DNA of 64,000 nucleotides from contig JABVCE010000007.1 of NCBI GenBank assembly GCA_014905635.1, positions 62,001 to 126,000 on the forward strand. Reading direction: 5' to 3'. Of the stretch, positions 63,160 through 64,000 are shown piece after piece (position 1 is the first letter of the stretch; each line of letters starts with the position of its first letter). The translations under genes and the position numbers were made by a program. Source of the stretch: Scenedesmus sp. PABB004 (lineage: Eukaryota). The notes beneath the pieces were generated by a model that worked only from the letters and a program-made list of their open reading frames with translations, did not search any database and was not told where the DNA came from.

Positions 63160-63444
63160 GCACGCCGCCCACGCGCCGCCCTCGCCCGCGCCGCCGCCGC
63201 CGCCGCCGCCGCCGCAGTGCTCAACGCGGACGGCGCGGTCGTCCGGTCGCTGTACGACGCGCGGCCGCCGGCGGGCTTCCGCGCGCCGTACCGCCTCATC
63301 GTGCGCATGGTGCTCGTCATCGTGGACGCGCGCGGCCGCTGCGTGTGGCACAACGGCGCCGACGTCCAACCCAAGCCGCTCACGAGCGCCCTCCTCAACA
63401 CCCTCTCCTTCTACTCTGATAGGCAAAAGCTCACCTGCCCCTGA
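61635..63444 (+). CDS. Secreted CAP/SCP (PR-1-like) protein with an extra C-terminal beta-rich domain
   Basis: Signal peptide; LDKHNAFRARYGAPPLTWSAKLATSAQAYA, GQNL, YGHFTQVVWYSSTQIGCG, VCHFDPPGNF; 4 introns. Confidence 0.87.
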
Positions 63445-64000
63445 GCACCTGCCCCTGAGCACTGCCGCCAAGCCCTGGCTGGCCTGACCGGGCCCGCCAA
63501 GAACGCAACGCATCACCGCACTGCATACGTCGTCCCCGATGATTGATCGCCCCGGACCCCGCCCCTCCAGGGGCGCATCCACCCCTCTCCGCGCCCTCGC
63601 TGCGCCGCGCGGCGGCCTTGGCCCCCCGCAGCGGCGTGCGAGGGCGCGCGCTGATCCTTGGGGGGAAAGCACTGAGCCCGTGGAGCCTAGGCAGCGATGC
63701 CAGCTCACCCTGGTCGCAGCGCTGCGGCACAGCGCCGCGCTGGGCGCCAGTATACTGCTTTGATTGTGTCATGTGACATCCCATCAGCAACAGCCCGCAC
63801 GCAGGCAGCGGGCTGCACGCGCGCGGCCTGAGGCGGCGCGGCCAGCCAGCACGGTGCCCGTAGGAGGCCTGCTGGGGGGGAGCTGCCTGGTGTGTCCGAT
63901 GATCGCACGCGCGCGGGGAGGCGGGGTGTGAGTGAGTTGAGTTGCCCCGGGACACCGCCAGCGCGCGCCTGCAGGCTGGCTGCGCTGGCAGCAGCCCCGG

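Overview
This is eukaryotic nuclear DNA from an extremely GC-rich (roughly 75-80% by eye), intron-dense chlorophycean green alga. An ASA5 ATP-synthase subunit and TGTAA poly(A) signals support that assignment; the species cannot be fixed from this window. Most long ORFs in the six-frame track are GC artefacts. After splicing by hand I find about 17 genes: an LRR protein (partial), a CHLH2/BchH-type Mg-chelatase H, CLUAP1/IFT38, ASA5, IST1, an EMI1/DUF3128-like protein, TMEM17, an SBP-box factor, DGAT2, a RAD7-like LRR protein, a secreted Tyr/Lys/Asp-rich protein, a SOS1-like Na+/H+ antiporter, PP2C, MET1/TEF30, MCMBP, a GH38 alpha-mannosidase and a CAP/PR-1 protein. Highlights: (1) 21 of roughly 115 inferred introns use GC donors, always after an exonic AG, and the donor consensus has shifted to GYGCGC. 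(2) A 691-bp hAT-type non-autonomous element with perfect 20-bp TIRs and an 8-bp TSD lies upstream of the antiporter. (3) Two independent local duplications each copy a bidirectional promoter plus the 5' ends of both flanking genes; one creates two IST1 copies lacking the C-terminal MIM. (4) An RGLATRS peptide is repeated, conserved at protein level, in the antiporter tail. (5) A palindromic double poly(A) signal sits between two convergent genes. Gene models are manual inferences without transcript data.
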